Source of the DNA: the human T2T-CHM13v2.0 reference genome, Homo sapiens | Strand: one strand, 5' to 3' | Length of the DNA: 64,000 nt | NCBI RefSeq assembly: GCF_009914755.1 | Contig: NC_060925.1 | In this document: positions 51,896 through 64,000 of the stretch, one piece after another | Numbering within the stretch: the first letter of the stretch is position 1 | Layout: every line of letters starts with the position of its first letter | The notes under the pieces: model-generated | What the model was told of the DNA's origin: nothing | Databases searched by the model: none | The model's input: the letters and a program-made list of their open reading frames with translations, nothing else | Made by a program: the position numbers and the translations under genes

Positions 51896-52362
51896 TCTTA
51901 ACTGCAGTTGAGTATGAAGTTCTAAATCTCACACATAAAGAAACAAAGCACTAGCACTACTTACTGTCTTTCTCAGGAGACCGGATTGAGAATCTGAAGA
52001 GTTACAGGAAGAGACATCATACTACTTGGAATTACTATGCATGTGGCATTTCCCCAAACTTCCTCTTGGCAAATATTCAGCAGACAACCTTGCTCCTTGC
52101 TGTGTTTCCCTCTTGCCTTTGCAAGACTGGGAATTTCTGAAGGCCAAGCTAGGGGAAATACAAATGAGAAGGAGGAAAGCAGAAGAGGGTAAGAAATTTT
52201 TCTTTCAAAGTTAAAATTAAAAACTTTTAGATATCAGCATTCTGAGAAGTGAGAGCAAGAGACTGGAAAAAAGCAAAGAGCCCACCAAAGATTCCCTGAA
52301 CATTTTACTGTCGAATCAATAAAAAGAGAAGATGCAAACCTTTATCGATTATAGTATCCAAT

Positions 52363-53344
52363 TGTGTCCAGAATTGGTGGGTTCTTGGTCTCGCTGACTT
52401 CAGGAATGAAGCCGCAGACTCTCCCAGTGAGTTCTTAAAGATGATGTGTCCGGAGTTTCTTTGTTCTGGTGGGTTCGCGGTCTCGCTGGCTTCAGGAGCG
52501 AAGCTACAGACTTTCGCGGTGAGTGTTACAGTTCTTAAAGGCGGCGCCACGTCTGGAGAAGTTTGTTCCTCCTGGCGGGAGTTGTTCGTCCCTCCTGGCG
52601 GGTTCGCGATCTCGCTGGCTTCAGGACTGAAGCTGCACACCTTCGCGCTGGCTTCAGGAGCAAAGATGCAGACCTTCGTGGTGAGTGTTACAGCTCACAA
52701 ACGCCGTGCGGACCCAAACACTGAGCAGCAACAAGATTTAGTGTAAAGAGCAAAAGAACAAAGCTTCCACAGTGTGGAAAGGGACCAGAGAGAGTTGCTA
52801 CTGGCTAGCTCGGGCAGCCTGCTTTTATTCCCTTATCTGACCCCACCCACATCCTGCTGATTGGTCCATTTTACAGCGAGCGATTGGTCCGTTTTACAGA
52901 GAGCTGATTGGTCCTTTTTGACAGGGTGCTGATTGGTGCATTTACAAACCTTGAGCTAGACACAGAGTGCTGGTTGGTGCATTTACAATCCTTTAGCTAG
53001 ACACAAACCGGCGCACTCTCTGCAGCTGCTGGCTCAGGTGCTAAGCTCCTCGCTGCCTGGGGCCGGCAGCTCTGGCCGGCCGCTCCAAGTGCGGGGCCCG
53101 CCAAGCCCAAACCCACCTGGAACTCGCGCTGGCCCGCAAGCGCCACGCACAGCCCCAGTCGGGGCCTCTCCCTCCACACCTCCCCGCAGGCTGACGGAGG
53201 TGGCTCCGGCCTCAGCCAGCCCGCAGAGGGGCCCACACAGCGCAGTGGCGGGCTGAAGGGCTCCCCGAGCAGGACCAGAGCGGACACCGAGGCCGAGGAG
53301 GAGCTGAGAGCGAGCGAGGGCCGCCAGCACGTTGTCACCTCTCA
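52363..53344 (-). mobile_element. LTR12 (ERV9) solo LTR, LTR12C/D-like, internally deleted
   Basis: Termini TGTGTCCAGAATTGGTGGGTTC...GTTGTCACCTCTCA; repeated GATTGG (CCAAT) units; CpG-rich; near-TSD CAAT/TAAT. Confidence 0.95.
52820..53005 (-). promoter_or_regulatory. LTR12 U3 promoter core: tandem CCAAT (NF-Y) boxes, GGGTGGGG box and AATAAAA TATA-like box
   Basis: Four ATTGG sites at 52860-52936, CCCCACCC and TTTTATT at 52823; matches known ERV9 LTR promoter architecture; activity unknown. Confidence 0.6.
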
Positions 53345-53417
53345 TAATGACATGAACAAAGTGTCTTATTTCTCAAATCTTTCCAAATGTTTAGAAAATG
53401 TTGCAGACACAGAATAA

Positions 53418-53826
<409 letters not shown>

Positions 53827-54040
53827 TGAGAATCCTTGAAGTAAAGTAAATTGCCCAAGGTTAACACTGGAAATAAGCAGCTGAGCCAAGGCTTCATCTT
53901 CTGATGCCCGGGCTTTACTGTGCTCCAATGTCATTGTAATCACAACAGTTAGTGTTTTGTAGCTGTGTGATGATAATATCAAAACAAATTTTTACAGTCA
54001 GATAAAAAAATTAGTCTCAAGAAGAACATTAAGGAATTAA

Positions 54041-54385
<345 letters not shown>

Positions 54386-54415
54386 GGTTTTGCTTCTTTA
54401 AAGACATTTTATTGA

Positions 54416-54605
54416 GCTAGACGTGCATGTAGTCCCAGCTACTTGGGAGGCTGAGGCAAGTGGATAACTTGAGCCCAGCAGTTTGAGGCCATAGAGCACA
54501 AGGATTATTCCTGTGACTAGCCACTGCACTGCAACCTGGACAATATAGCAAAACCCTGTGTCTTAAAAAAAAAAAAGACCAAAAGACCAAAACTAAAAAA
54601 AAAAA
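54416..54605 (+). mobile_element. FAM (fossil Alu monomer)
   Basis: Monomer with CCTGTGACTAGCCACTGCAC (7SL-derived FAM segment), A tail, TSD AAAGACATTTTA at 54400 and 54606. Confidence 0.8.
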
Positions 54606-55095
54606 AAAGACATTTTAAATTCCAATAGAATCATACAATTAGTAAAACATTTGACCAGTGAACAACGTGAGGATTAGGGACTCCAACCTTCATGCAGTGA
54701 AAAATTCTTGTACAACTTTTGATTCCCCCTAAACTTAACTATTAATAGCCTACTGTTGATGAGAAGCAGAAGCCTTACTGATAACATATGCAGTAAATTA
54801 ACACATATTTTGTGTGCTATAAGTATTATATACCGTATTCTTAAATAAAGAAAACATAAAATGTTATTAAGAAAATCATCAAGAAAATATATTTACTATT
54901 CATTAAGTGGAAGTGGATCTTCATAAAGTTCTTCATCCTCATCATCTTCAGTTTGAGTGGGCCAAGGAGGAGGAGGAAGAGGAAGGGTTGGTCTTACTAT
55001 CTCAGATGTGGCAGAGTTGGGACAGACGGAGAAGGTAGAAGGTGGGATAGGAGAGGCAAGCACATTTGGTGTAACTTTATAGAAATGCATTGTAA

Positions 55096-55365
<270 letters not shown>

Positions 55366-55467
55366 AAAAAAAGAAAAGAAAAGAAAAGAGAAAGAAAGAA
55401 AGAAGGAAAGAAAGAGAAAGAAGGAAGGAAGGAAGGCAGGAAGGAAAGAAAGAAAAGAAAGAAAGAA

Positions 55468-55535
<68 letters not shown>

Positions 55536-55537
55536 AA
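55366..55537 (+). repeat. Alu-tail-derived (GAAA)n/(GGAA)n polypurine STR
   Basis: ~170 nt almost all purine, ending in a long perfect GAAA run. Confidence 0.95.
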
Positions 55538-58500
55538 TTTGTAATTTCTGTCTGACATTTCTCAAAAGGTTTCTGTGCAGTACCAGTTCTTCTTCCACCA
55601 TTTGCTTTCGTTTTAGTGTCCATATTATAGAAGAGTTCATGTCGTGAAAGAAGTCAAAAGCAATCTTGAATAAGCGGAACCCTTCTGCCAGATGGTCTAA
55701 CGTCAATTTGCTTTCTGGCACTGCTTCTTCTATGTCTTCATCCTCATTGTCTGGCACTGGTTCAGAAGCACTCATCTCCATCAAGTCATCTCCTATTAGT
55801 TCCTCTAGCGTGGTGTCTATTAACTCTTGAATTTTTCTAAGATCCATATCTTGAAACTCTTCTCCCACTACATTTTATGCCATATCCAAATCTCTTTCAT
55901 GATTTCCTTGATTTGCTCTGTTGTGTATCTTCGGCATTCACGCACACATCTGGACACAGTTTTCTCCAGCAGGAATTTATTGTTTCGGGTTGATGGCTTT
56001 CCCAGCTTTTTCTATAGCAATGGTGATATTTTCAGTCCTGCAATCCTTCTAGACTTTCATTGACAATCTTTTCCATAGGGTGCTGTGTGTAATGAGTCTG
56101 AGGGGTCCTTATGAACTCCTGATCTAGACGCTGAGTTAAAGATGCTGTGCTTGGAGATAAGCAGATCACTTTGACACCATGGGGTTCTGGGTGGCCAGGG
56201 GCATGTCCAATGCAAAAATAATTGTCCAATAGTAAAAGGCAGTCCTTTCCTGGCAAGGTACTTCCTGACTTCGGGGACAAAGCTTCAATGGAAACAACCC
56301 AGAAAAGTGGCTGTCATTGTCCAGGTCTTCTTCGTATACAACCAAAAGACTGGCAGCTGATGTTTACCTCTTCCCTTCAAGGCTCAAGGGTTAGTGGCTT
56401 TATAGATAAGGCAGTCCTGATCCTAAATCTGATTACATTTGCACAAAACAGTGGAGTTAGCCTATCCCTTCCTGCCTTAAATCCTGTTGCTCGTTTCTCT
56501 TCCTTAATAATAAATGTTCTTTCTGGCTTGTGGGTTTTTTTTTTCAGAGCGGCACTTTTGTCTGCATTAAAAATCTGTTCAGGCAGATTCCTTTCTCCTC
56601 AATGATTTTCTTAATGGCATCTGGGAAATCATCTACTGCCTCTTGGTTGACAGAAGCTACTTCTCCTATGATCTTGACATTTTTAAAAGCCACACCTTTT
56701 TCTAAAATTATCAAACCATCTTTTGCTGGCACTAAATTCTCCAGCTTTAAGTCCTCCACCTTCTCTTCAAGTTGTTGTCATAGAATGACTTTGCTTTTTC
56801 TTGAATCATATTAGAGTCTGTAGGTATACCTTTCTTATAGTAATTCTGCACTCACATAAAAGCTGCATTTTCAATACAAGATCTAAAGGTATTTTGCAAA
56901 ATGTGCAAGATTTTCTTGCCTGTTGGGATAGAGGCAGCAATAGCTTCACAAATTTCCTTTTTATTTATTTATTTTACAATAGTCCTTATGCTCGATTCAT
57001 TTGTTTTGAAATGACCGGCAACTGTAGCTATAGAACTCAATCTGACATGTCAAGCAATTCAGCTTTTCTTTTAATCTCAGACTTTTCCCTGCTTCTTAGG
57101 AGCACTTTCAGCATCACAAGTGGCACTTCATATGAGTTCCAGTTTATTATTCAAGGTTTACAGGTATGGCACTAAACTTGATGGAAAATACATGAGAACC
57201 ATGAAAGATCACTTTCTACTGCAACATGAAATTTGCTAGAGAGCCAAAATGTTCATCAGGAGATAATTAGCATCACATGAAATTTTGAGCAGTATTTGCA
57301 ACACTTGAGCTCAAGGCAATAGTAACAGGAGGTGGCTATAAAATTCATACAGTATATGCTACAGTTAATTGTATGCGGTTATGATTTAATACTTCATCTT
57401 TACTTTTGTTCACATTTTACTAAACTGCACCATGTAAGGTCTGTGTTTGTGTGCAGAAATTTTTATAACTTTTAACTTTTTATAATAGATTTTTGTATAT
57501 TTTATAGTAGTAAATGATGAAGTAAACTAGTAGCTACATACATTTTATGCATTACTTACCTTTTTCTTAATTTTATGAATGTTTCTAGGCTACTCAGTTT
57601 GTCTGAGTGTTTTAAAATTATTTTTCATGTCTTCGAAAAATTTTCAGTGTTTTTTTTAATTTGCATATAAGTGGACTTGCACACTTTAAATCCATGTTGT
57701 TCAAAGAATCAACTGCATATGTGCCATAATTCTGAATTAAGGAAAGGGCCTTCTAACATTTTCGTCTTTGCTTTTCACAGTGCAAATGCTGCCTAGTCCT
57801 TGTTTGTATTTCTGGAGATAGAAAAGGAACCTGTTGGCTGAGGTTGCCTCCTTTGTTTTGCCTCTAGCTTTTCTTTATTAACTTTTACTTACACTGATCA
57901 ATGATCCTTCAGTTACAAACTCTCAGAAGTTTATCTTCTGCAAATGAGTTATTCAAGAAAGTAAGGATTTTGCTGAAATGGTGTCACCCGCAATACTTTA
58001 TGAGGACTCAGCTCCTACTAGCCTTTATTGAGGGCATAGATGCCAAGCACTGTGTTTGATGCTTTATATACATTAGCACATTTTACTGTCTAAGTCTCTG
58101 AATGCATTCCGCACATATATTTTGCTGACCTGTAAAGCCATAACCATGAGTTTTGCCTATTAATAAATGTTCTTAGTTGGTCTTTTTGAGTCTTTTCAAT
58201 CTCGAGTTCCCAAATTAAGGGAATGTAGCTCTCTTAATTCTTAATTTTGTTTGGCAGGTAGTTTGTTTGAAAAGTCATAAAATGCAGGGAGCTATATTTA
58301 AACAAATGGTATAAATAGACAAACACCAATGTTTAAGACTCAGTCCTATATCCTACCAGCTATGTAGCCTTGGGAAAATTGCTTCACTTATTTAGGCCTT
58401 ACTATTCTCATCTATTTAATTGACCTAACAACTTGTGTTTCGATCTTGTGGGCAGATTGTGAAGCAAATGTGATGGTGGTTATAACCCACTATTCAAAAG

Positions 58501-59164
58501 CAAAGTGTAATATATTATATGAAGATAAATAAGTGAACTTAATTATCATCAAGAGTTTATAAATATGTTGTGCATTTTTTATAACTGGTATCATGACTTG
58601 AACAATTTTTAGGCCTCACAGTTGACATTGGATCTTATTACTAAATTTCAATTCTTTATTATTAACAATCTTGAGAGTTTACTATATTGTGTAAAAGATC
58701 TCAAATCACCAAGAAGGCATGCTAACCTGCAAAACATGTCATGGGGCAAAGCTTCACACTGAGAGCTGGGCAACCACTCTTGACTTTGTTCCACAACCTT
58801 AAAATAATACTCTCAAGAACCAATAATCACATTCGTCTTGCTGATAGAACATTTCTAGTTGAGTACAAGCTCAGGCATGTTGCATTGGGTGTTTTGAGAA
58901 TACAATACACCATTCTTATACTTAAATGTACATTCTGAAATTTATGTATATAAAACATTTAACCATCATTTTATCACCATTGACCTGTAATGTAATAGAA
59001 GCCTCAAAGGTATCTGATAAAATCTGTGGAAAGACATCAATAGGGAATCAATCAAGTTGAATTATTTTTTTTCTGGTTACAAGGATTTCTTCTCATAGAC
59101 TTTTAGGACTGGTCATAATTCTTACCTAAACTGGTTTACTTATCTGGAATATTCACTTTCACTC

Positions 59165-59612
59165 TGTATTAATTAGGGGAGGCCCACAATGGGTGAAGGC
59201 TCAGACACAACAGAAGTTTCTTGTTGCAGTTTTAGAAAATTTTGCTTGTATAAAAGTACTGGTGTGGTAAAACACATGGGTGGGGCTGTCCTATTTCACA
59301 TAGCTATTCAGAGACCCAGGATGACAGAAGCTCTGTCATCGTCAACATATGACTTCCAAGTCCATGCTGGGGTCATCTGCATTCCAGCTAGCTGGAAAGA
59401 GGGAATAATATGAATGAGCACATATGTAAGGTTTTTATGGGCTAGATCTTGGAGTTGAACATATCACTTCTACTCACTCACATTTCATTGACTAGAACTC
59501 AGCCCTGTGGCCATACATAACTGCAAAGGAGGCTGGGAGATGCAATTTAGCTGGGTGCCCAGGAACAAAAGGACAACAAAGGTTTTAGTAGCAGCTAGCA
59601 CACTGTGCCACA
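59165..59612 (-). mobile_element. MLT1J/K-like LTR
   Basis: TGTATTAATTAGGG...CATTTCATTGACTAGAACTCAG...AACTGCAAAGGAGGCTGGGAGATG...GCCACA. Confidence 0.7.
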
Positions 59613-59977
59613 GTGACATCTCTTGAATATCTACCAGATTTTTTGATAAATAGGCTGATAATACTTTATACTCACCGGTGCCCTACATCAGTAAGTATTT
59701 ACTAAACATCCACTGAATACCTTTATTATTCAGGCAATGATTTTGTGCTCAGATGTGTACTCCAGGCTCAGTGCAGAAGAATCAGGCCCAACGAGTCAAA
59801 TTTCCACTTAGAGAATTCAGAGTAACAAAAGCTGATGTTTCTCCCCCAATTTAACTTTTCCTGACCAAAAATATTTCTCAAAACTCCAGACTTTAAAAAA
59901 TATAAAAAGAGATCCTCACGGAGTTCTTGCTCTATCAAAAGTTATATAATCCCTTATAATAAAATCTTTATATTCTT

Positions 59978-60827
59978 TCTTTAAAACTTTTTTTTTTTAG
60001 ATTCAGGGGGTACACATGCAGGTTTATTCCATGGGTCTATTGTGTGATGCTGAGGTTTTGGGTATGAACACTCCTGTCACTCAGGTACTGAGCATAGTAC
60101 CCAAAAGCTAGTTTTTCAACCCTTTCCTTCCTGTACTAGTTTTTCAGCACTTTCCTTTAGTAGTCCCCAGTGTATATTGTTGCCATCTTTATGGCCATCA
60201 GTACACCATGGTTAGCTCCCACTTATAATGAGAACATGCAGTATTTGGTTTTCTGTTCTTATGTTAATTCACTTAGGATAAATGGCCTCCAGCTGCATGC
60301 ATGTTGCTGCTGCAAAGGACATTACTTCATTCTTTCTTTTTCCATTTTTTTATTATACTTTAAGTTCTAGGGGGAGGGATAGCATTAGGAAAAATACTAA
60401 TGTAAATGATGACTTCATTCTTTTTTATGGTTGTGTTGTATTGCATGGTGTATGTGTAATACATTTTCTATATCCAATCCACTATTAATGGGCACCTAAG
60501 TTGATTCCATATCTATGCTATTGTGAGTAGTGCTGCTATGAACATATGAGTGCATGTGTCTTTTCGGTAGAGCAACTCGTTTTCTTTTGGATATGTACCC
60601 AGTAATGGGATTGTCGAGTCAAATGGTAGTTGTAAGTTCTTTGAGAAATCTCCAAACTGCTTTTCACAGTTGCTGAATGAATTTACACTCCCATCAACAG
60701 CGTATAATTGTTCCCTTTTCTCCACAGCCTCACCAGCACCTGTTGCTTATTGACCTTTTAATAATAGCCATTCTGACTGGTGTGAGATGGTATTTCACTG
60801 CGGTTTTGATCTGCATTTCTCTGACTT
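59978..60827 (-). mobile_element. 5'-truncated L1PA16/L1PB-like 3' end
   Basis: LPFDSTIPLLGTYPKE peptide; 19-bp TSD ATAAAATCTTT(A/T)TATTCTT at 59959 and 60828. Confidence 0.88.
60336..60411 (-). mobile_element. Miniature 5'-inverted L1PA insertion
   Basis: Antisense L1PA terminus TTATTATACTTTAAGTTCTAGGG followed by sense GGGGAGGGATAGCATTAGGA..TAATGTAAATGATGA; TSD ACTTCATTCTTT at 60324 and 60412. Confidence 0.8.
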
Positions 60828-61607
60828 ATAAAATCTTTTTATTCTTGATCATAGACCCAGTCAGGACATTTTAAAGGAATAAATGATTTTATGTGAGGGA
60901 ACAGGAATTGAGGATGAGACCATCAAGCTTGGTTGATGCAGGATTCCTTTTTCAGTATGGAATAAAGTGTATATTTCAAATGTACACAGTAACATTATAT
61001 GTGTATCAATGAAATAAAAGTTTTAAGAAATATTATTTATGAATCACTGATCCTTTCTATTACATTCATGCACTTAAAAAAATACTGGCCACAATTGTTT
61101 AACCCGCCAATAGCTTACAACTGGAGATTGAAAAACCCATGGTTTAAGGAACAGAGCAAGAGTTTTGGGTTTGTGTGGACTTATACTCTTGCCCTGAGGC
61201 AGGTTAACATCTTTTGAGCTTCATATTTTATTCATAAAATGATCTTGTTCTTTATTGGGTGATAGTATGAGTTGACTGATAGTTAACTTGTAATGTGGCT
61301 GGCATGTGAAACACTCAATAAATGTTCCTCTCCTGATAAATATAAGGTTTTTCTTATCCTCCCCTCTTTTTAATTTTTTCATTTGCTTCTGTAGTTTCTT
61401 ACTGTGCTAGTGACATGGTAAACTAGGACTGGAAACAAATATTATCATCTAGATCTAAAAACATGATATTATAACTGTGCTTGTCATCAGGATGATTGTG
61501 ACAGTTCTTATCTCAACAGTCTTGGTAAGTTTTTCCCTTGAACTTAAAGTGTTTCTTTTTTTACTGAGCACTGGAAATCCTAAGTGAAATAGAGAATATG
61601 TTAAATA

Positions 61608-61960
61608 TCATAGTAGTTGTTGGTACCATTCACTGATATTTCAGGTTGTCATCCATTCATCAAGTAATGGGGATTGCCCTCCCCATGTCCCTCTTGAAGT
61701 GAGATATGAGAAGAGGCGACGTGTCACTTCGCAGTGGGAGTCTTTAAAACCAAACAAAAATTGTCCTTTTCTTTCACATTCCCAGGATGGCAGTAGTGTT
61801 TCACATGAGAAGGCCCATCAGTTTGTCTCTGAATGAGAACAACTAGGAACAGGGCCTACTGAACTGAAATTTGCATATAACATGAGCTAGAAATAATTTT
61901 TTTAAACACTGATAATTGTCAGTTATTACCAAAGTGCAGCCTAGCATATTTTGACTGATA
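61608..61960 (+). mobile_element. MLT1I/J-like LTR
   Basis: CCTCTTGAAGTGAG, GTGTCACTTC, end CCTAGCATATTTTGACTGATA. Confidence 0.55.
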
Positions 61961-61993
61961 AAAATGCAATTTTCCTTTATTCATATAAACAAT

Positions 61994-62358
61994 TGTATTA
62001 GTTTGCTAAGGCTGCCATAGCAAAGTAACACAGACTGGGTGACTGAACAGAAATTTATGTTCTGATAATTCTGAAGGCTATAATTCCAAGATCAAAGTAT
62101 TGGCAGGGTTGATTTCTTCTGACGTCTTTCTCCTTGGCTCATAAATAACCATCTTCTTCCTGTATCTTCACAGTCTTCCCTCTGTGGCCATCTGTGTCCT
62201 AATTTTCTCTTCTTTACCAGTCACGTTGGATTAGGGCTCACCCTAATGGCCTCATTTTAACTTTAAATACCCTATCCCCAAATACAGTCATGTTTTGAGA
62301 TATTAGGGGTTAGGACTTCAAAATAAGAATTTGAGGGGACACAAGTCAGCCCATAATA
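61994..62358 (-). mobile_element. MLT1A/MLT1A0 solo LTR
   Basis: TGTATTAGTTTGCTAAGGCTGCCATAGCAAAG...GGGGACACAAGTCAGCCCATAATA. Confidence 0.85.
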
Positions 62359-62819
62359 TTAATAGTAATGTTTGCTCACTTGATCTAGGCTGCATTATTT
62401 TACCTAACTTACCGAGCAGAAATATAAGCCTCTATTGTAACCATGATTTTGACCAGAAGCTAGTAATTAGTTTGAGATGATATCGTATAAGTATCTAAAC
62501 CAACTTAATTCACCTGGCATTTGGGGTCAAAAAAATAGAATCATTTATTATTAGTTTTTGTAGGTCATCAATATCCAACAACTACATCCATGTGGATCCA
62601 AAACAACTATAGAAATGTGTATAATTGATCAAATAAATAGGATTTTTATTTCATTTAATAAAATATAACCTCTGCAAAAACAAAAACTGCATTTTTTTAT
62701 TAAAAAAGACTGTGATAGTCAAATAAATACATTGAACAATTCATGAATGAGAACCAAAAATCCAAAACCTTTCACTGACTGGATTTGCATAGCCTAAGAA
62801 TATTAAGTATAACTCCTCA

Positions 62820-63219
<400 letters not shown>

Positions 63220-63724
63220 TTAGCCTCATCATTACTACCCTACTAGTAATGGGTTGGATAACCAATGTCATTGAAAGAATTGCAAATTAAAAAAAAATTC
63301 TCAGTGCCCCAGAAAGCCACTAGAATTTGAGGTATAGGGAGGATGCTAAAGATAAGGGAGTAACAACTGTCACTAGTAGAATGATAGTAATCATTTTACT
63401 GTGTGGTAATAATAGCAACAATACCTGGAAAAATAACATCCTTGGATCATTCCAGAGATCTATGCGATAGTATTGAATTGCAGGCTTTTCTCTGATACTG
63501 AGTAGAGGAAGAGTAGCCCTCCCTACTAATGTTACTGTGGGAATGCAAATCATGAAAAAATATATATGGCCTATAAATACTGTGCTCAGGTCATTCAAAA
63601 AAAAAATTAAAACTCTTGTTCTACAAGTTGTAATTCATGGATGACTTGAATATGGAGGAGGAAATATAGTACAATTTAAGGAAAGAACTGAACTGGAACA
63701 CATAACACATTCCTTCCCATAACA

Positions 63725-63832
63725 CATTCACTGTGTTATGGTTTTCTGATTCATCTTCATGATAAATTAGCCAAAGGGTCTTGGGTGAGTCACTTAACCT
63801 CTCTGGACCCCAGTTTCCTCATTTATAAAGCC
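63725..63832 (+). mobile_element. MIR core fragment (similar MIR fragments near 6150, 6550, 25520, 25900, 53820, 58340, 61140)
   Basis: GTCACTTAACCTCTCTGGACCCCAGTTTCCTCATTTATAAA. Confidence 0.75.
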
Positions 63833-64000
63833 AGAAGCCCAACAAAAGAGCTACCGAGACTCTTGTCTGATTGAAGTAAGCAGTTGCAGAGGCAGAGCCT
63901 GCCTCTTTTGACCTATTTGCCCCCAGACTTTCTTCTGGCAATGCCAGTGTTCCTTGGGACCCCTCCTTGGAACTCAGGCTTCTCAAACCACTGAACATAT

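Noticed and set aside
52997-53345. GC-rich ORFs and CpG island suggesting a gene's first exon
   Set aside because: Entirely within LTR12; the stop-poor frames are due to GC content

Overview
AT-rich, repeat-dense primate (human-like) genomic DNA, judged from AluJ/S/Y, L1PA, THE1/MST and LTR12 elements. I find no credible intact protein-coding gene; the supplied ORFs are repeat-derived or chance. Most of the window is nested transposable elements: a full-length L1MA1/2-type LINE, two LTR-internal-LTR MaLR elements, an ERVL remnant, a near-complete Tigger2, an LTR12 solo LTR and several Alus. Two processed pseudogenes are present: a full-length VDAC1 retrocopy (~34778-36634) and a short beta-tubulin 3' retrocopy (11707-12011) that the ORF track misses. 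I cannot support a novel biological system here. The most unusual signals are local DNA-copying scars: three short-spacer inverted duplications, a locally templated insertion into an LTR, a ~75-bp twin-primed L1, and an L1 truncated at both ends with filler DNA. Subfamily names come from recalled consensus sequences and identities are by-eye estimates; both need RepeatMasker/Dfam and alignment checks.
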